Origin: Myxococcales bacterium
GTDB lineage: Bacteria > Myxococcota_A > UBA9042 > JABWCM01 > BTVJ01
Assembly (NCBI GenBank): GCA_045863395.1
Contig: BTVJ01000001.1
Location: 192,001 to 256,000, forward strand
Length of the DNA stretch: 64,000 bases
Direction: 5' to 3'
Shown: positions 60,201-64,000 of the stretch, one piece after another
How the letters are laid out: every line of letters starts with the position of its first letter
How positions within the stretch are numbered: position 1 is the first letter of the stretch
Translations under genes and position numbers: made by a program
Notes under the pieces: model-generated
Told to the model about the DNA's origin: nothing
What the model saw: the letters and a program-made list of their open reading frames with translations, nothing else
The model's database searches: none

Positions 60201-60329
60201 GGCGGCTGCGGCGGCTGCGGAACAGGAGGAGGTCCCGTGCCGGGCGCGCTGGGCGTGCTCCTCGCCCTGGGGCTCCGGCTCCGGCGGCGAGCCGCTGCCC
60301 GTGAGGTGGCCCAGGCGCGAGACTCATAG
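57216..60329 (+). CDS. Secreted N-acetylmuramoyl-L-alanine amidase (Amidase_3-like) with golvesin-like and FN3 domains and a MYXO-CTERM-like tail
   Basis: GKVIYVSQAHG, VEDL, AWHTNA, MPAVLVELAFH; inserted WVPDIPAPGHYNVYVTY...VNQ...GTWVFIG; FN3 (PEPPRALRV...GYRVYRS); C-terminal GGCGGCG...ALGVLLALGLRLRRR. Confidence 0.85.
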   Translation: MSWLLALLLALPATRDLRSEADRALDPLRGPTLAVEASVLDARWEGDVVRVAVDLVSPVVDERLIHEVVEALLEVWADDRPRGVYVEALDPVTGELLPLPALLPPITPPPEKLVSPLSPPIGVTAPGQPAGFLAGKVIYVSQAHGFTWTQALNRWATQRGNTNGIVEDLVNAEGINHYLVHYLRNAGATVFTVREHDMQHHMAVVDNGGGGTFEEVGEWFDSTLPGFAAGMAPYEGQENPHALGGNRLATTVSGSATAVARWVPDIPAPGHYNVYVTYSQHAARAQDAHYVVRHPGGESHVRVNQERHGGTWVFIGRHWFEAGEDAVIGAVELHNDSELEPGDNVSADAVRFGGGLGDVARGTGSGVATSPTSGRPRWEECARYNVQFQGAPPSVFDYSASDPNDDVSSRSRYAAWQNEAGEDAVYVAWHTNAPNPGVGTSSYTYGPNEPNGEYIFTGTKGSDLLQDVLHAEIINDLRAAFDPAWKDRGKYTAWFGEVNPSHNPEMPAVLVELAFHATPSDAEWLKEPRFRQVAARAFYQGVAKYFGARDGVAAPLLPEPPRALRVENLGDGRLRVRWAPPETDSVGLAGEAATGYRVYRSRDGLAFDGGTQVGATELIIEDAPLGEPLYVRVTATNSGGESFPTPVGGATPTCGPRALVVDGFTRIDKHGLIPENLAPWDLGTVQRFDQRRLNAFDYVRHHGEALFAAGVAFDSAQAGAVEAGAVSLDAYDLVVWYLGEESTADHTFTPAEQTAVRSFVEAGGRLLVSGAEIAWDLGEKGSAEDQTFLADILGVTYAADSAGTYATLGVGPLAGLGAISFDDGTQGAYDVDYADVLGPVGGVAVLEYDAGGAAAVLSGTVLTLGFPFEAVTPGAARIALMQAATEILGASPDAGCAVTPPEDVGPTGDAGTVRAGDAASHADGVSDSDSDAVSDSGLDAADSAVAEPLDPLDAGPVGRWKDVAWGATDTSDVQDAATVVEGDTGRGTPPSGITDGGCGGCGTGGGPVPGALGVLLALGLRLRRRAAAREVAQARDS

Positions 60330-60404
60330 CATCGACGCCCAGAAGAGGCTTCGTCTACGCCCGTCTTTCTCTCGCCTGGGCATCGCCGAGTCAAGCCCCC
60401 CGGA

Positions 60405-62240
60405 TCAAGGCGCGACCCACCAGACTCGGTTGGTGTAGCGCGTCCCTGTGGGGTCCTTCGAGCTCTGGTGAAAGTAGACTCGCGTACCGTCGGCGGACCA
60501 CCCAGCCAGCTCGTCGTCCTCGTCGTTGTCCGTGAGCAGGCGGACCTCGCCCCCGTCCGCCGAGACCACGGCAATCTCCGTGTCGCGGCTGTACCCGCGG
60601 GTCCCGAGATCTTCAGTGCGCCAGGTCTCGAGGGCGATCCGCTTCGAGTCGGGAGAGACTCGCAGGTCCTGGGCGCGGATGGCGGCGAGGCGGCGCCACT
60701 GGCCGCTCGTGAGATCGAGGCGGCCGAGCCAGACGTCGGACCCCGTCCGCTCCACCGCCACGAGGAAGGTGCCGTCCGGCGAGACCTCGGGCTCGTCGAA
60801 GCTCGACGCGCCCGCCTCCCAATCCGTGTCCTCCTCCTCCGGCGGCTCGCCTCCTCCTGTTCCTCCGGCGCCCAGCAGCGCCGTCGCCGCACCGCTCGCC
60901 GGGTCCAGCCCCCAGAGAGTGCCCACCTCGCCAGAGGGGCGCCGCGCCAGGTAGACACGTTTGCCGTCCGGCGCCCAGGCGACGCCGCTGCGAGACTCTC
61001 CTTCGGCTGCCTCCAGCAGTGTCCTGCGGTCGGTGCCGTCTGCGCGGATGATATCCAGGCTGCTCGGGCAACGGCGACAGGTGCGGTACCAGAACACGAC
61101 GTGGCTCCCGTCGGGCGAGACCTGAGGCGAGCTGAAGTACTCGCTCGCGTGAGAGAGCAGCTCCGTGCGCTTGCCTGTAGACAGTTCGAACAGGTTGACA
61201 CCCTTGGACCAGCCCCGGTGGTCGACCACCGCCGCCGCCCAGCGCCCGTCCGCAGACACGGAGGGGAAGCTGAACACGTTGTAGACCTCTGCGATCAGCG
61301 CGCGGCCGCCGTCGGGTCCTACGAGCAGCAGCTGCTCGTTGCCGCGCCGCAGCTCGTAGGCCCCCTTGGACTGGCGCACGTCGACGTAGTGGGGCTCAGC
61401 GAGCAGCACCAGCCCCCCGTCGGGGCGCACGGCGACGAGGTACTCCTCGGCGAAGTACTCCCCGACCAGGTGCCGCTCTGCGCGGCGCTCGCCCTTGGCG
61501 TCGTGCTCCCTGGCGGTGTCCTCCTCCTCCTGGCGCCGCTCCCGCTCGCTCCGCAGGTGGGCGGCGGCGCGAAACACGGGCTCCAGCTTGGACGCCACGG
61601 CCAGCTCCTCGTTGGAGAGCCCCGCGGCCTCCGTCTTGAGGCGCGCGACGGCGGGAAGCGCTGTGATCGCGGCGCTCAGGGCGGGCGCGAAGTCGGGGAG
61701 ATCCTCGGCCACCTCCAGGCGGGCCCGGTCGTCGCTGGCCGCTGCGAGGTTGAACACCAGCGGGTCCAGCGCGGCGGTTGCATCTGAGGCGGCCACCTCC
61801 AGCGCCACCTCGACCGTGTGCTCGGACAGCTCCGACCCGGTGAGCGGCATGACCCGCGCGCTGCGGATGGTGCCGGTGATCACCATGCCCGCGCCTGCGC
61901 GCTGGGCGGCCACCCGGAGCGCCGTGGGATCGCTCGCGCCCGCCAGCGCCTCGAGCAGCACCTCGTCGCCCGGCGGGACGACCGTCAGGCCGAGCTTCTC
62001 CAGCGGCTTGACCATGGCGGTGGCGACCCGCTCGGACACGCGGTCCTTGTCGCCCCAGAAGGACGCGCGGGTGCCGTCCGCCCCGACGGAGTGGACCAGC
62101 ACGGCCACCCGATCCAGCGGCGCCACGACGCGCCCTTGCATCCACCACCATCCCCCAGCGGCACCCGCGAGCACGACCACTGCTGCGACCAGCGGCCAGC
62201 GGCTGCGCCTGGGGGTCCACTCTGCGCCCGGGCTCTCCAT
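60405..62240 (-). CDS. Membrane-anchored TolB-like (PD40) beta-propeller protein
   Basis: N-terminal [21 protein letters not shown]; blades [43 protein letters not shown]. Confidence 0.85.
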   Translation of the reverse strand: MESPGAEWTPRRSRWPLVAAVVVLAGAAGGWWWMQGRVVAPLDRVAVLVHSVGADGTRASFWGDKDRVSERVATAMVKPLEKLGLTVVPPGDEVLLEALAGASDPTALRVAAQRAGAGMVITGTIRSARVMPLTGSELSEHTVEVALEVAASDATAALDPLVFNLAAASDDRARLEVAEDLPDFAPALSAAITALPAVARLKTEAAGLSNEELAVASKLEPVFRAAAHLRSERERRQEEEDTAREHDAKGERRAERHLVGEYFAEEYLVAVRPDGGLVLLAEPHYVDVRQSKGAYELRRGNEQLLLVGPDGGRALIAEVYNVFSFPSVSADGRWAAAVVDHRGWSKGVNLFELSTGKRTELLSHASEYFSSPQVSPDGSHVVFWYRTCRRCPSSLDIIRADGTDRRTLLEAAEGESRSGVAWAPDGKRVYLARRPSGEVGTLWGLDPASGAATALLGAGGTGGGEPPEEEDTDWEAGASSFDEPEVSPDGTFLVAVERTGSDVWLGRLDLTSGQWRRLAAIRAQDLRVSPDSKRIALETWRTEDLGTRGYSRDTEIAVVSADGGEVRLLTDNDEDDELAGWSADGTRVYFHQSSKDPTGTRYTNRVWWVAP

Positions 62241-62294
62241 GAGGCTCCTCCATGATGTGCGTCCCGCCGAAGATAGCCCGTGCGCGCCAAGGGC

Positions 62295-62315
62295 GACAAC
62301 CCCCGGCGGGTTGTC
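62295..62315. promoter_or_regulatory. Palindrome in the divergent intergenic region (possible operator)
   Basis: GACAACCC-CCGGC-GGGTTGTC: perfect 8-bp arms, about 50 nt from each start codon. Confidence 0.4.
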
Positions 62316-62364
62316 AAACGCACCGCGGACCCGGCATGATGGGCCCCTCACCCCCGGAGGAACC

Positions 62365-64000
62365 ATGTCGCAGAGCATCTACGCGCCGAAGCCGCACATC
62401 GTGGAGCGAGCCCACCTGAAGAGCCTGGACGAGTACCGCGAGCTCTACGAACGATCCCTGAGAGATCCCGAGGGCTTCTGGGCAGAGCAGGCCCGCACGC
62501 TGACCTGGTACCACGAGTGGCACACGGTCTTCGATGCGGACTACGAGGAGGTGGACTTCACGTGGTACTCGGGCGGGCGCCTCAACGCGGCGTTCAACTG
62601 CATCGACCGGCACCTGAGCGAGCGGGGCGACCAGCCGGCCATCCTGTGGGCGGGCAACGAGCCCGGCGAGTACCGGACGATCACGTATCGCGACCTGAAG
62701 CACAACGTCGGCCGCATCGCCAACGTGCTCCTGAGCCACGGGGTGCGCAAGGGCGACCGGGTGTGCCTCTACATGCCCATGATCCCCGAGCTGGCCTACA
62801 CCATGCTGGCCTGCGCGCGCATCGGCGCGGTGCACTCGGTGGTGTTCGCGGGCTTCTCGTCCGAATCGCTGCGGGACCGCATCGTGGACGCCCGGTGCAA
62901 GGTGGTGGTCACGGCCAACGAGGCGGTGCGCGGCCCGAAGCGCATCCCCCTCAAGCGCATCGTGGACCGCGCCATCGAGGGCATGTCGATGGTCGAGACG
63001 GTGCTGGTGGCGCGGCGCACGAACGCCGACGTGCCCATGACGCCGGGGCGCGACCTGTGGCTGGAGGAGGAGGCCCACCGCCAGCGCTCCACCTGCACCG
63101 CCGAGTGGATGGGCGCGGAGGACCCGCTGTTCATCCTCTACACGTCGGGGAGCACCGGCAAGCCCAAGGGGGTGCTGCACACCACCGGCGGCTACATGGT
63201 CTACGCGGCGCTCACCCACCGGCTGGTCTTCGACTACCACCCGGGGGACATCTACTTCTGCGCGGCCGACGCAGGGTGGATCACGGGCCACTCGTACATC
63301 CTCTACGGCCCCCTCGCCAACGGCGCGACGACGGTGATGTTCGAGTCGACCCCGACCTACCCGGATCCGGGTCGCTACTGGCAGGTGGTGCAGGACCTGA
63401 AGGTCAACATCTTCTACACGGCCCCGACGGCGCTGCGGGCCATCGCCCGGGAGGGGGACGAGCCCGTCCGGCGGTACGACCGCTCATCGCTGCGCGTGCT
63501 TGGGACCGTGGGGGAGCCGATCAACCCGGAGATCTGGCGCTGGTACCACGACGTGGTGGGCGAGGGGCGCTGCGCGGTGGTGGACACGTGGTGGCAGACC
63601 GAGACGGGGGGCATCCTGATCACGCCGCTGCCGGGGGTCACGCCGACCAAGCCCGGGTCGGCGACCTTGCCCTTCTTCGGGGTCAAGCCGGTGATCATGG
63701 ACGCGGGGGGGCAGCCCCAGGACGGCAACGGCGTCAGCGGTGCCCTCTGCCTGGCGACACCCTGGCCCGGCCAGGCGCGCACCATCCACGGAGATCACAG
63801 CCGCTTCCGCGAGACCTACTTCACCGCGTACCCGGGCTACTACTTCACGGGGGACGGCTGCACCCGCGACGAGGACGGCTACTACTGGATCACGGGGCGC
63901 ATCGACGACGTGATCAACGTGTCGGGCCACCGGCTGGGGACGGCGGAGGTCGAGAGCGCGCTGGTCGGCCACGAGGCGGTCGCGGAGGCCGCCGTGGTCG
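62365..64000 (+). CDS. acs: Acetyl-CoA synthetase, 3'-truncated by the window edge
   Basis: Not in the ORF track. [16 protein letters not shown]...[91 protein letters not shown]. Confidence 0.97.
   Translation, partial: MSQSIYAPKPHIVERAHLKSLDEYRELYERSLRDPEGFWAEQARTLTWYHEWHTVFDADYEEVDFTWYSGGRLNAAFNCIDRHLSERGDQPAILWAGNEPGEYRTITYRDLKHNVGRIANVLLSHGVRKGDRVCLYMPMIPELAYTMLACARIGAVHSVVFAGFSSESLRDRIVDARCKVVVTANEAVRGPKRIPLKRIVDRAIEGMSMVETVLVARRTNADVPMTPGRDLWLEEEAHRQRSTCTAEWMGAEDPLFILYTSGSTGKPKGVLHTTGGYMVYAALTHRLVFDYHPGDIYFCAADAGWITGHSYILYGPLANGATTVMFESTPTYPDPGRYWQVVQDLKVNIFYTAPTALRAIAREGDEPVRRYDRSSLRVLGTVGEPINPEIWRWYHDVVGEGRCAVVDTWWQTETGGILITPLPGVTPTKPGSATLPFFGVKPVIMDAGGQPQDGNGVSGALCLATPWPGQARTIHGDHSRFRETYFTAYPGYYFTGDGCTRDEDGYYWITGRIDDVINVSGHRLGTAEVESALVGHEAVAEAAVV

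Noticed and set aside
62314..63972. Minus-strand ORFs 62314-63291 and 63484-63972
   Set aside because: Antisense to acs, which the track omits only because it has no stop inside the window.

Overview
Very GC-rich bacterial DNA with Myxococcota (deltaproteobacterial) hallmarks: a MYXO-CTERM-like tail, many Ser/Thr kinases and Cys-rich repeat lipoproteins. All calls come from motif reading; no searches were run. Layout: (1) 1-13.8 kb, minus-strand block: Cys-rich lipoprotein, GspE/PilB ATPase, an unusual pilQ with a ~770-aa coiled-coil insert, aroK, aroB, a lipoprotein, a short TPR gene, aroQ, efp and a partial TPR gene. (2) 13.9-29.5 kb, accessory block: a putative NlpC/P60-like protein, a kinase + TPR/PEGA pair, an AAA_14/DUF4143 ATPase, a frameshifted nucleotidyltransferase TA-like pair, a kinase-ATPase-TPR protein, a Cys-rich lipoprotein and an IS21 remnant. 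(3) 29.6-42.2 kb: an eCIS-type double-AAA ATPase, a 2634-aa DUF4157 protein (annexin-like helical repeats plus a very long beta-rich region) and an orphan MAD3/MAD4-like ATPase-nuclease pair. (4) 46.8-57 kb, a putative metal/redox stress island: ECF sigma and zinc anti-sigma, a tandem cytochrome P460-family lipoprotein, a peroxiredoxin, a truncated YyaL gene and a DUF692 (MNIO) RiPP cluster with a (GDEKKCG)n precursor. Four copies of a CGTAAC-N17-CACSSA promoter motif link genes in this island. (5) An amidase with a MYXO-CTERM-like tail, a TolB-like protein and a partial acs. I saw no rRNA, tRNA or CRISPR array.
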